Counted from the first letter of the stretch, positions 9,731-18,376 are shown. The stretch is DNA of 24,993 bases from Acidobacteriota bacterium (GCA_041578355.1 JBFGHF010000001.1:1-24993), one strand, 5' to 3'. Program-made: numbers and translations. The notes: generated by a model from the letters alone, not told the origin.

Positions 9731-11052
9731 AGCCGACGTTGCTGGATTGGCTCTGCCTGGCCGCCGAGACCCATTCCCGGCCCCAAGATTTCACCGTCCT
9801 CCTGAGCTTGAAGGAAGGGCCGGGGTGGGGCGATTTGGAAAAGGGCGGAGGGAGCGCCTGCAACCTATATCCCAAAAGCGGCGCTCTGCTTTCTGGCGGG
9901 GAGTGGGTGCCGAATTTCCAGCAGCCTTTTCGGGTTGAGCGAGATCTCTCGGTGAGTGATTTCGTCAACGGCCGCTTCGATCTGACGGTTACGCCGCCGG
10001 TCAAGCAGCTTGTTGTCAAAGCCGACCGCTCGGAAACGATTCTGGCGACGCGCGTTCACCATGCTGCAGCCGACGGAGCCAGCGCGGCGCTTTGGCTGTC
10101 CCACCAACTGGGGGTTGTCCGAGGTTCGATCGATCCGCTGTCCGTTCCCGGGAGGATCCGGAATCCGGTGCTCCGCAGCTTCCGGCGGCCGCGCCGAGTC
10201 AGCCCCTTCGCCTTTCTCAGGCCCGCCGATCCCTTGCATGAGGACGGAACACCCCGGCGGCGTCGTTGCTGGAAGACGGTGGAGGTTCCGGATGGGGAGC
10301 TGCCCGGGTTGGGGAGCAGGAGCCGGCTTGGAGAATTTTCTTTCCAGCGCAGCCTGGAAGGCCGCGCCACGTTGGGGTTCTCGAGGGCTGATTGCCTGGC
10401 TGTGTGTTTGCTGGAGGCGCTGAAAGCCTGGCGATTGAAACGCGGCCGGGGGTACGGCCGTTTCGGGCTCTGGTATCCCGTCGACATCCGGCGCCGCAGG
10501 TGGGGCGGATTCGGCAACGGAACCAGTCGGATCCGCCTTTACTCGCGCTTCCCCCCGGAAGCGGATTCCTTCACTCGTTTCCGCCATTTGCGTCGCCAGA
10601 TCCGATGGTCCATGAGGAACGGCGAGTGGCAAATTCCGGCCGCGGAGTGGCTGCAACGGGTGCCGAGGTCGGTTCTGCTGCCCTTGCTGCGCTGGCTGAT
10701 CCGGCGCCCGCGACTCGACTACGGAAGCGCCGTCTTCACCCTCCTACGCTGGCCCACGGGCCCCTTCGAGGGAATTCCGTCTTCGATTCGAAAGGTCGAA
10801 ATCATCGGTCCCTTGCATCGCCAACACGCCCTGGCCGTCAACTGCGTGACCCTGGCCGGCCGGACATGGCTCACCTTCACCTTCGATACCCACCTTCTGA
10901 CTGCCGGCGACGTGGACGTGATTCTCCAGGCCTTTTTGAGCCGTCTCAGGGAGTTTCGGATGCCGGCCAGGGGCCAGGCGGGGCCGGGTTTCCGCTTACC
11001 CGCGGGGGAGTCGGGATTTCCCCGGGGGCGCGCGCTCGAGCTGCAATCGTGA
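9727..11052 (+). CDS. Stand-alone condensation-domain-like / CoA-dependent acyltransferase (441 aa)
   Basis: Catalytic HHxxxDG motif (RVHHAAADG, nt 10057-10077), mid-protein WYPVDIR...FGNG, and C-terminal TWLTFTFDTHLL, all typical of C-domain/CAT-like folds. AGGAGG RBS; GTGA overlap with the desaturase stop. Confidence 0.8.
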   Translation: MKPTLLDWLCLAAETHSRPQDFTVLLSLKEGPGWGDLEKGGGSACNLYPKSGALLSGGEWVPNFQQPFRVERDLSVSDFVNGRFDLTVTPPVKQLVVKADRSETILATRVHHAAADGASAALWLSHQLGVVRGSIDPLSVPGRIRNPVLRSFRRPRRVSPFAFLRPADPLHEDGTPRRRRCWKTVEVPDGELPGLGSRSRLGEFSFQRSLEGRATLGFSRADCLAVCLLEALKAWRLKRGRGYGRFGLWYPVDIRRRRWGGFGNGTSRIRLYSRFPPEADSFTRFRHLRRQIRWSMRNGEWQIPAAEWLQRVPRSVLLPLLRWLIRRPRLDYGSAVFTLLRWPTGPFEGIPSSIRKVEIIGPLHRQHALAVNCVTLAGRTWLTFTFDTHLLTAGDVDVILQAFLSRLREFRMPARGQAGPGFRLPAGESGFPRGRALELQS

Positions 11053-12770
11053 GAGCTCCCGCTGCAGCAGAGAGAATCAACGATCGGCTTCGGGCCGGGA
11101 TTTCACTCGCCATCAGGTTGTCGGGGCTACTGCTGCACTTGTGGCAGCTGCCCTGCATCCGCCTTCACCCTCTTCGGCAGCGACAGTTGGCTCGCCGCTA
11201 CGGTGTGGCTCCATCGCTACCCGTGCGGCCTTTTTCTCCCGCTCTGGAGCTGCGACTGCGGCGGCGATCGGCCGGAAATCCGCGCTTGGCGGCAACCAGC
11301 GGCACGAGCGGGGGAGGGAAGCAAGTTCCCTACAACTGGTGGCGGCTGCAGCAGGTCAAACTGACTTTTGTGGCAATGTTCGCAAGGCTTTGCTGGTCGC
11401 GGTCGATCCGGCGCACCGGCCTCTTCGTTTTCGCCGCCCCCGACGAAAGCGGATCCCTGACTTCGGTGCTGCTCGAGGAGAAAGCCGGGCCCTCTTATCT
11501 CAGCGGCCTGCAGGCGCCGTATCGGGTCCTTTTCGATCGGGGATTGAGACCGGTGATCCGGCGATACGGCTTGGACGCGGTGCAGCTCTGGATTCTCGCC
11601 GTCTCCAATCCCGGGGTTCTTTACAGCACCAACCCGTCGACGCTTTGGGCCTTCTTCAGCCGTCTGGAGGAGGATTGGCCCCGGGCCGCCCGCCTGGTCC
11701 GCGAGTACGCCGGCGATCCTCTCGCCTTGGGGGAGGAGTTCGAACGAATCGGGCGGCGCATCGCCTCGTCGGGGGCCGATCGGCGGCTGAGAGCCATCGC
11801 TGAGAGTTCCGCACCCCTGCCTCTGGCCACCTTCGCGCCCGCGGTAACGGCCTGCATCTGTTGGACCGGGGGGCAGGTGGGCGCTTTTCTGGAGCGATTG
11901 GAGGGCAAGCTGTCCGGGGCCGGGATTTTCATCGTGCCGATGTTCTCGATGTCTACGGAAACCGTCGAAACCGTGAGTCACTTCGGAGCCGCCGGGCCGA
12001 AGTTCCTACCGATGGCGAGGGGGGTCCATTACGAGTTTCAGGAGGAAGGGGTGGAACTTCGCGGGGCGGAACTGCTGAGGCCCGGTCAATTGCGGAGCGG
12101 CAAGGACTATTCCATGATCGTCAGTGATGGTTGGGGCTTGCTCAGGTATCGCACCGACGACGTCTTCCGATGTCGGGGCTTTGTGGGGAAGGTCCCGGAT
12201 CTCGAGTTCGCGGGACGGCGAGGCCTCTCCTACTCTTTCACGGGCGAGAAACTCACCGGCGCTCAGATCGACAAAGTGCTTCGCCGCCTGGGGCAGGAGT
12301 TCCGTTTCGAAGCCGAGCTCGATTTGATGACCTGTTTCCCCTTCTCCGCTTCGAGCGGAGGATTGCCTCACTACAAGATCGCGGTGCTCGTCGATGGCCG
12401 AGCGGCGAGCCTCGAGGCCGGTTGCAAATCGAGCGAGCTGGATCGACTGGCCTGCAGGGCGGACGAGCTACTCTGCAAAACCAATCCGGAATACAAGTCC
12501 AAGCGCCGGTCGCAACGCTTGGGCAAGGTCGAGGCTCTTGTGATGCGTTACCAAGACCTGCCCACTCTCGTCTCGCCCAGGGGCTGGCATTCCCAGTTCA
12601 AGCATCTGCCTTTCTACCCTCGGCTCGTCGCGGCGTTGCCGGAGGCGGTGAACCATTCCGGAGCCGGCGGTGCAGCCATTCGAAATCGGGAAAATCCCGT
12701 CCCAGCAGAAGAAAAGCCGATCCCGCGCGCCGCGCCGTTTCGCCATCGGTGTCCTGGCGATCGCCTATGA
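11049..12770 (+). CDS. GH3-family (acyl-acid amido synthetase-like) adenylating enzyme (573 aa)
   Basis: P-loop TSGTSGGGK, SMSTET, YEF, LLRYRTDD, SFTGEKLT, NPEYKSKR...RL and terminal QFKHLP. GTGA overlap with the upstream stop. The ORF-track start at 10392 is an out-of-frame overlap with the acyltransferase gene. Confidence 0.85.
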   Translation: MRAPAAAERINDRLRAGISLAIRLSGLLLHLWQLPCIRLHPLRQRQLARRYGVAPSLPVRPFSPALELRLRRRSAGNPRLAATSGTSGGGKQVPYNWWRLQQVKLTFVAMFARLCWSRSIRRTGLFVFAAPDESGSLTSVLLEEKAGPSYLSGLQAPYRVLFDRGLRPVIRRYGLDAVQLWILAVSNPGVLYSTNPSTLWAFFSRLEEDWPRAARLVREYAGDPLALGEEFERIGRRIASSGADRRLRAIAESSAPLPLATFAPAVTACICWTGGQVGAFLERLEGKLSGAGIFIVPMFSMSTETVETVSHFGAAGPKFLPMARGVHYEFQEEGVELRGAELLRPGQLRSGKDYSMIVSDGWGLLRYRTDDVFRCRGFVGKVPDLEFAGRRGLSYSFTGEKLTGAQIDKVLRRLGQEFRFEAELDLMTCFPFSASSGGLPHYKIAVLVDGRAASLEAGCKSSELDRLACRADELLCKTNPEYKSKRRSQRLGKVEALVMRYQDLPTLVSPRGWHSQFKHLPFYPRLVAALPEAVNHSGAGGAAIRNRENPVPAEEKPIPRAAPFRHRCPGDRL

Positions 12771-15582
12771 CCAGAACGCGGCCCGGTTGCAGACCGAATT
12801 CGGCGGCGATTTTCCGCAGCATCCGATGATCGGGTTTGACGGCCCCGATCTCGTCGCCGGCATAGACGGCCGAAAAGAAATTCCCCAAACTCAGAGCTTC
12901 CAGTTTGTGCCGGACTGGATGGTCGGAGTAGACGACCTGAACAGATCCGATCGATTCGAAGTAATCCAACACCGCCCGCACCCCCGGCCGGGGACCCGCC
13001 GAACCGATGGCCCGATCGATCCAAGGCGAGATCCACGGCTGCGTCGTCATTTCCTCGATGTTCGTATTCGGTGCATTCCGTTTCGCCCCAGCTTGTCGCC
13101 TCCGTTCCCAGAGCCGAAGCAGTTCTCCGAGCGCAGCGAACGGCGGCTTGCCGCGCAGGGTCTGCACCCAGCAGAGGCGGCACAGTTGCAGGGCCGCGCG
13201 GCGGCGGCTGTAGAGGGTGCCGTCCAGGTCCCAACAGATCAAGTCCGGCTGCCAGTGCGGGGAAACGGGGAAGGGCGAAAGCGACTCTGCGGCGCCGCTG
13301 ATTCGAGGGGACAGGCGGGATGGCTGCGGCACGTTTCCCCATCTCAAGAGAAGGGCAGGCAGAATGACCAAGTCCGCAAGCAGCGCCGCCAGGATCGAGA
13401 GTGCCAGAAGTTGACCGGTTACGCGGGCGGGTGTGAAGTCGGCCAGTTGCAGAGTCAAGAAGCCCGCCGCCATGACCAGCGAGGTGGAGAGAATTCCTGG
13501 CGCGGCCTCCTGCAGAGCGCCGCAGACGCCGGCCGCACCCGTCACGCCCTGTGGCCGATAGGCGGCCAACAAGTGAATCGTGTCGTCGACACAGACTCCC
13601 AGGATGATGGAAAAGACGATGCAGGAGGAGATCCTCATCTCGATTCCCGAGAGGCCCATGAGAGAGAGGACCGTAAGAGCCGGAAAGACGTTGACCAGGA
13701 TGGCGAAAAAGACCAAACGCCGCGAGCGGAGCAGCGCCGCCAGGGTCACGCCCACGGCCAGGAGGCCCAGTGCGAAGCCGCGTGCGGATTGACCCACCAC
13801 GCGGCGCTGCATCTCCTGAGCCAGGTATACGAATCCTTGAATCTCCAGGCGGCTGTCTTCGCCGAACACCCGGTCGTGAATGGTGCGCGCTTTTTCCAGG
13901 AACTCGAAGGTGCGTGCCGTGCCGCGATCGAAGACCCTGGCTTCGATGCGGGCGATTCCTTCTCTCCAATCCGGAAAAGCGTTCTCGACGTGGCGGCGGG
14001 CCACGGCATCCAGCACTTTCCAATCGGCGGGTGCTCGGGGCAACGGGTCGAGGCCCGTCATGGCGCGCCAGAAAAAGCGGTAGATGGCCGCGGGCGAGAT
14101 CGAGCTGCTGACGAAATCGGGTGCTTGCGAGAAAGTGCTTTCGAATTCTCGGATGCGGGCGGCGAACTCCGAGAATCGTAAGGAGTCTCCGGCCAAGTCC
14201 TCGGACGTGTGGAGGATGAAGGTCAAGGGAAAACCGCCCCCCATCCTCTCTTCGACGGCTTGTCGGGTTTGTCTGATCGGATGACCGGACCGAACGTCGT
14301 CGACCAGCAGGGATTCGACTCGCAAGCGGGGCATGCCTGCCGCAGCCGAGAGGAGAAGGAAGAGGAGGGCTGCGGTGGCCGCTGTTCCGGATCGGCGTGT
14401 CAAGCGTCCGATCCAGCCGACTCCCGAAGCGGCCGAGGGTGTCGGCGCGGGCAAGAGCGACAGTGCCGCCAGTCCCGTGGTCATGGTGGCGGTGTAGGCA
14501 ACCCCCATTCCGAGAGCCGCGACGAGTCCGAAATCTCTCAAAACCGGGATGCCGGTCGCCACCAGCGAGAGAAATCCCGCGGCGGTGGTCGCGGAGGTCA
14601 GGAGCAAGGCGCCGTTGAGCCGTTCGGCGGCCGAAGCGAGCGAAGCTTTCTTCGATCCCTCTTTCAGAGCCCTCCGATAGGCGTGGAAGAGATGGATGGA
14701 GTCGGAACTGGCGGCGAAGGTGAGAATCACCGGAAGCGCGATCGAAAGGGGAGAGAGAGGACGGCCCAACGCGGACTGCAGGGCCAGGGTCCAGAGAATG
14801 GTCGATCCGGCCACCAATGCGGGCACGACGATTCCCAGCCAATGGCGCAGCGTGACGCCCAGGAGCAGCGTGAAGGCGATCAGAACCAAAGGGAAAACCT
14901 TTTTTGCGTCTTGGCGAATCAGCTGAAGATAGGCCTCCCGAGTCGGAGGACTGCCGGTCAGCAGGAAGCTCCGCCCAGATCGGCAACGGGCTTCCAGGAT
15001 TCGGGAGACAGTCTGGAGGAGCGGTTGACGATCCCGCCCGTCGTCGTAATCCGAGTGCAGCCAGAGAAGCAAAATGGCAGTCTTCCCGTCCTCTGATAGC
15101 AGCCGTCCCGCCAGCAGCGGTTCGCCCCGGATTTGCTTCTCGAGATTCTCCCACTCCGTGGGACTGCGGGCTTCGCTTCCGAGGGCGGGAATCAGCTTGA
15201 CGGCGCCGATGCGCCGGCCCGGGTAAAGCAGGTCGAAAAGGGGATCGCGTCGGGCGATTTGGGAATCGACGAGACTGTCCACCTGCTCGACCCAAGGCAA
15301 GGCGCCCAGGGTCTCGGTCAACTCGCGAAGCTGAGTGGCGCCGGAATTCGAAAAAAGCTGCGGATCGGTCCAGAGGACCGTCAAGGTGCGGTCGGCCCGC
15401 CCGAAACGTTCACCCAACTCTTTGTATCGCCGCGTAAGGGGGTCGCGGTCGGCAACGAACTGTTCGAGACTCAAATCGACGTGCAAGTCGCGCAGCGCCG
15501 AGACGGCGGGCAAGCTCAACAGAGCCGCCGTTGCCAGCAGCAGACAGGGACGGCCGATGGAGAAGGCGATGAGTCTCTTCAT
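12598..15582 (-). CDS. MMPL/RND-family transporter fused in frame to a C-terminal HAD-family hydrolase (994 aa)
   Basis: N-terminal TM, two periplasmic loops, and two TM bundles with SSDSIH and GVCVDDTIH. A Pro/Ser-rich linker leads to HAD motifs I (WDLDGTLY), II (YSD), III (KP) and IV (IGDRQDTD). GGGAGG RBS upstream. Confidence 0.88.
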   Translation of the reverse strand: MKRLIAFSIGRPCLLLATAALLSLPAVSALRDLHVDLSLEQFVADRDPLTRRYKELGERFGRADRTLTVLWTDPQLFSNSGATQLRELTETLGALPWVEQVDSLVDSQIARRDPLFDLLYPGRRIGAVKLIPALGSEARSPTEWENLEKQIRGEPLLAGRLLSEDGKTAILLLWLHSDYDDGRDRQPLLQTVSRILEARCRSGRSFLLTGSPPTREAYLQLIRQDAKKVFPLVLIAFTLLLGVTLRHWLGIVVPALVAGSTILWTLALQSALGRPLSPLSIALPVILTFAASSDSIHLFHAYRRALKEGSKKASLASAAERLNGALLLTSATTAAGFLSLVATGIPVLRDFGLVAALGMGVAYTATMTTGLAALSLLPAPTPSAASGVGWIGRLTRRSGTAATAALLFLLLSAAAGMPRLRVESLLVDDVRSGHPIRQTRQAVEERMGGGFPLTFILHTSEDLAGDSLRFSEFAARIREFESTFSQAPDFVSSSISPAAIYRFFWRAMTGLDPLPRAPADWKVLDAVARRHVENAFPDWREGIARIEARVFDRGTARTFEFLEKARTIHDRVFGEDSRLEIQGFVYLAQEMQRRVVGQSARGFALGLLAVGVTLAALLRSRRLVFFAILVNVFPALTVLSLMGLSGIEMRISSCIVFSIILGVCVDDTIHLLAAYRPQGVTGAAGVCGALQEAAPGILSTSLVMAAGFLTLQLADFTPARVTGQLLALSILAALLADLVILPALLLRWGNVPQPSRLSPRISGAAESLSPFPVSPHWQPDLICWDLDGTLYSRRRAALQLCRLCWVQTLRGKPPFAALGELLRLWERRRQAGAKRNAPNTNIEEMTTQPWISPWIDRAIGSAGPRPGVRAVLDYFESIGSVQVVYSDHPVRHKLEALSLGNFFSAVYAGDEIGAVKPDHRMLRKIAAEFGLQPGRVLVIGDRQDTDGETARRAGSAFLLLGRDFPDFEWLHRRLRNGSPPPATPRRAEGRKADA

Positions 15583-15693
15583 TCTTCACCGCCTCCCACC
15601 CTGGGGCAGAAGGCGGGAGGAGGCAAGCGACAAAGTGCGCCAGAGTTTGAGCTGCGGGCTTTGACGGGGATTTCCGGCGGGAAGCTGGCCGGA

Positions 15694-16524
15694 TTAGGGT
15701 TTGGCGGTGTCGTTGAGGCGCCAATCGTAGTCGATGTATCGGACTCGATAACGGCCCTCGAGCAGGAAATTCCGATCTTCCGGCGAGACGTAGTCGATCA
15801 AGTAGTCGAGCACTCCCTGCTCGATCGGGTCCTTCCGGGACCGCTGCCTCTCACCACGGGCCTTGCGAGCCTGGCCGGGCGTCTCGAAGTCCTCGCCGAA
15901 CCACTTGAATATCGAGGACAGGTGCAGCACGCCCTGCTTGCGGTCGATGGTCAAGTTGCGGGGTCGGGAAAGGAAAATGGCGCTCTGCTCCTCCAAGGCT
16001 TGTTCCAGACCGTCCCCTCGGTAAGGCCGGTTGCGAAGGGGCGGACAGCCTCGCGAAGCGCAGACCAGTGCGAAGTGGATGCGCGGCTCGGAGAATTCGG
16101 CCCGCAAAATCTCGTGCTCGATCTGATTGAGGCTCAGCCGTCGGCCCATCACCGGGAACCGAATCTCGTCCCAGACACCGGGGATTTGTTGAATGCTGTT
16201 GGCCGGATAGACCAAGGACCGTATGAAACGGCTCCGAATCGGGTAGTGGTCGATGACGATTCTCAAGGCGAGTGCGTTGTAGGCATTGATCCAAAAAGCG
16301 ATTCGTTCTTCTCGAGTCCATGCGGAGTAGGAGGCGCGGGAGATGGAGCCCAGCCGTTCAACGAATCGGTCCAGGCTCTTTCGTGAACCCTGGAGGCCTC
16401 GATAATCCACCTCTTCTCCCCGCACCCGGTTCTCCAGCACCGCGGCCCAATCGAGGTAGAGGTCGTCGCCGGGCCCGCCGAGCAGCACGCCGAGCAGGAA
16501 CGGCGCTGTGAAGAGGACCCTCAT
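15694..16524 (-). CDS. DUF547 domain-containing exported protein (276 aa)
   Basis: N-terminal hydrophobic signal; VDYRGL, AFWINAYNA, SLNQIEHEILR, EPRIHFALVCASRGCPPL, LSSIFKWFGEDF and YIDYDWRLN match DUF547. Confidence 0.9.
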   Translation of the reverse strand: MRVLFTAPFLLGVLLGGPGDDLYLDWAAVLENRVRGEEVDYRGLQGSRKSLDRFVERLGSISRASYSAWTREERIAFWINAYNALALRIVIDHYPIRSRFIRSLVYPANSIQQIPGVWDEIRFPVMGRRLSLNQIEHEILRAEFSEPRIHFALVCASRGCPPLRNRPYRGDGLEQALEEQSAIFLSRPRNLTIDRKQGVLHLSSIFKWFGEDFETPGQARKARGERQRSRKDPIEQGVLDYLIDYVSPEDRNFLLEGRYRVRYIDYDWRLNDTAKP

Positions 16525-16530
16525 GGGCCT

Positions 16531-16536
16531 ATTCTA
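16531..16536 (-). promoter_or_regulatory. -10 hexamer TAGAAT 6 nt upstream of the DUF547 ATG (probable leaderless transcript)
   Basis: The minus strand reads TAGAAT-aggccc-ATG; there is no SD. Confidence 0.55.
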
Positions 16537-16567
16537 TCCGACGCCCTGAAAGTGGAGAATAGTAGCG

Positions 16568-16576
16568 TGGTATAGT
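16568..16576 (+). promoter_or_regulatory. Extended -10 promoter (TG-g-TATAGT) for the first NTT-family transporter
   Basis: cgTGgTATAGTttcg, 40 nt upstream of ATG 16617 (GGTGG RBS). It lies back to back with the DUF547 promoter. Confidence 0.55.
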
Positions 16577-16616
16577 TTCGCGCCCCCCGGGTGAAGCGTC
16601 GAAGGTCGGTGGTGGA

Positions 16617-17951
16617 ATGGCTGTGACGAGTTCGGAAACGCCCTCCCAACAAAGCGTCCTCGACCGGCTGTTGCGCGTTTTCACCGAAGTGCGACCCGGC
16701 GAGGGAGCCACGGCCCTCCTGATGGCTCTCAACATTTTTTTCATCCTGAGCTGCTACTACATCCTCAAGCCGGCTCGCGAGGCCTTCATGAGCCTGGAGC
16801 CTCGCGGCGCCGAGTGGGCGAGCTATGCGGCGGCGATCATGGCCGTCCTTCTGGTCCCCATCGTAAAGGTCTACGGCAGTTATGCCGAGCGTGTCGGCCG
16901 CAGGCGGCTGATCATCGCGGTGACCGCTTTTTTCGCGCTGAACCTGGTCGTTTTCTATCTTCTGGCGGAAGCGCAGATCCGCCATTTGGGCATCGTCTTC
17001 TTTGTCTGGCTGGGCATCTTCAACCTCATGGTCGTGGCCCAATTCTGGGCCTACGGCAACGACATCTACACCCGTGAGGAGGGAAAACGGTTGTTCCCCC
17101 TCATCCTGGTCGGACAGACCTTGGGGGGGATTGTAGGACCCCTCTTGGCGAGAGGCGCCGTCAGCCTCACGGGCCAAACCCACCTGATGCTGCTGTTGGC
17201 CGCGGCGTTGCTCTTGATTTGCGTGGGATTGACCTTTTGGATCGAGCAGCGCACGACTCGGGGCCCGAAAAGGAGCACCCAGGTCGAAAGCGAATCGGGA
17301 CTGGGGCCGGGCGGAGGCTTTCAGCTGATCCTGCAGCATCGCTTTCTGCTTTTCGTGGCTCTGCTGATCATGGTTCTCAACCTGGTCAACACCACCGGGG
17401 AGTACATTCTGCGCGACAGTGTCTTCAGCGCCGCCCAGACTTCGGGTCAGGCACAGGAAGTATTCGTGGCGCAATTCTACGCGGACTTCTTTTTTTGGGT
17501 GAACCTCGTCTGCCTGTTGATCCAGGCGTTCCTGGTGTCGCGAATCCTGAAATACCTGAGCGTTCGCGGCGCGCTCTTCGTGCTCCCCTGCATCGCCCTG
17601 CTGGGTTACTCGGCAATCGCCCTGCTCCCGGTGCTCTGGCTGGTGAGGACCATGAAGACCCTGGAGAACGCCCTGGACTATTCGCTGATGAACACCTTGC
17701 GGGCCGCTCTTTACCTACCCACTTCGCGGGAGATGAAGTACAAGGCCAAGCAGGCCATCGACACCTTCTTCGTCCGGGCGGGGGATGTGCTTTCGGCGGC
17801 GGTGGTGGCGGGCGGAATCCATCTCATCGGCTTGCGGGCCCGAGGATTTGCGTTGTTGGTCTTGCTATTCGTCCTGGCCTGGCTGCTGTTGGCGCGGAGC
17901 ATCTCGCGCGAATACGGGCGCCTGGTGGCGGAGGGCGAGGGCGAGTCCTAG
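16617..17951 (+). CDS. NTT/TLC-family (Npt1/Npt2, ATP/ADP translocase-like) MFS-fold transporter (444 aa)
   Basis: EVRPGE, YYILKPARE, FNLMVVAQFWAYGNDIYTREEGKRLF, YSLMNTLRAALYLP..REMKYKAKQAIDTFFVRAGD. About 12 hydrophobic segments. Confidence 0.9.
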   Translation: MAVTSSETPSQQSVLDRLLRVFTEVRPGEGATALLMALNIFFILSCYYILKPAREAFMSLEPRGAEWASYAAAIMAVLLVPIVKVYGSYAERVGRRRLIIAVTAFFALNLVVFYLLAEAQIRHLGIVFFVWLGIFNLMVVAQFWAYGNDIYTREEGKRLFPLILVGQTLGGIVGPLLARGAVSLTGQTHLMLLLAAALLLICVGLTFWIEQRTTRGPKRSTQVESESGLGPGGGFQLILQHRFLLFVALLIMVLNLVNTTGEYILRDSVFSAAQTSGQAQEVFVAQFYADFFFWVNLVCLLIQAFLVSRILKYLSVRGALFVLPCIALLGYSAIALLPVLWLVRTMKTLENALDYSLMNTLRAALYLPTSREMKYKAKQAIDTFFVRAGDVLSAAVVAGGIHLIGLRARGFALLVLLFVLAWLLLARSISREYGRLVAEGEGES

Positions 17952-17995
17952 AAACCCGCAGGGCCGTCTCCGAATCCTGGGGCGCGGTCGCATTC

Positions 17996-18361
17996 TTATT
18001 TCAGCGTCGCCCAAATCAGGCAGATCCAGCCCGCCAGAAAGGCCAAACCGCCGAGCGGTGTCACAGCTCCGAGCCAGCGTTGACCGGTGAAAACCAGCAT
18101 GTAGAGGGATCCAGAGAAAATCAAAATTCCGGCTACAAAGAGCCAGCCGCCCAGGTTGGCGACCCCCGGGGCGATCCTGGGCAGCATGGCCGCCAGCAAG
18201 AGCAGCGCCAGGGCGTGATACATCTGGTATCGAACCGCGACCTCGAAGACGTCCAGCATTTCGGCGCTGAGGCGGCTCTTGAGGCCGTGCGCTCCGAAGG
18301 CTCCCGCTACGACTCCGAGAAAAGCGAACGCAGAACCGAGAAGAAAGAAAAGGCGATCCAT
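17996..18361 (-). CDS. DUF423 (YgdD/TMEM256-like) small membrane protein (121 aa)
   Basis: GAFGAHGL, AVRYQMYHAL, GILIFSGSLY, LGAVTPLGG. Confidence 0.93.
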   Translation of the reverse strand: MDRLFFLLGSAFAFLGVVAGAFGAHGLKSRLSAEMLDVFEVAVRYQMYHALALLLLAAMLPRIAPGVANLGGWLFVAGILIFSGSLYMLVFTGQRWLGAVTPLGGLAFLAGWICLIWATLK

Positions 18362-18367
18362 GGAGGA

Positions 18368-18376
18368 ATCATAGCA
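18368..18376 (-). promoter_or_regulatory. Extended -10 (TG-c-TATGAT) 6 nt upstream of the DUF423 ATG (probable leaderless transcript)
   Basis: The minus strand reads TGcTATGAT-tcctcc-ATG; there is no SD. Confidence 0.55.

Noticed and set aside
10392-11048. ORF-track upstream extensions (GH3 from 10392, lepA from 8209, DUF423 from 19141, coiled-coil from 2614, gcvH from 1476, gcvT from 2581)
   Set aside because: The extensions overlap neighbouring genes or promoters. RBS, stop/start coupling and family N-termini support the shorter starts given.
9727-11052. Calling the locus an NRPS cluster
   Set aside because: Only an isolated HHxxxDG domain is present; there is no adenylation or carrier domain and no phosphopantetheinylation (GGxS) motif in the window.
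12614-15295. Long alternative-frame and antisense ORFs (e.g. 12614-15295 -, 12670-14181 +, 18415-20643 +, 19652-21127 -, 22912-24645 -, 16521-17474 -, 1583-2575 +, 4243-5205 -)
   Set aside because: They overlap well-supported genes, are Arg/Gly/Pro-rich with no recognisable motifs, and are expected shadows in high-GC DNA.
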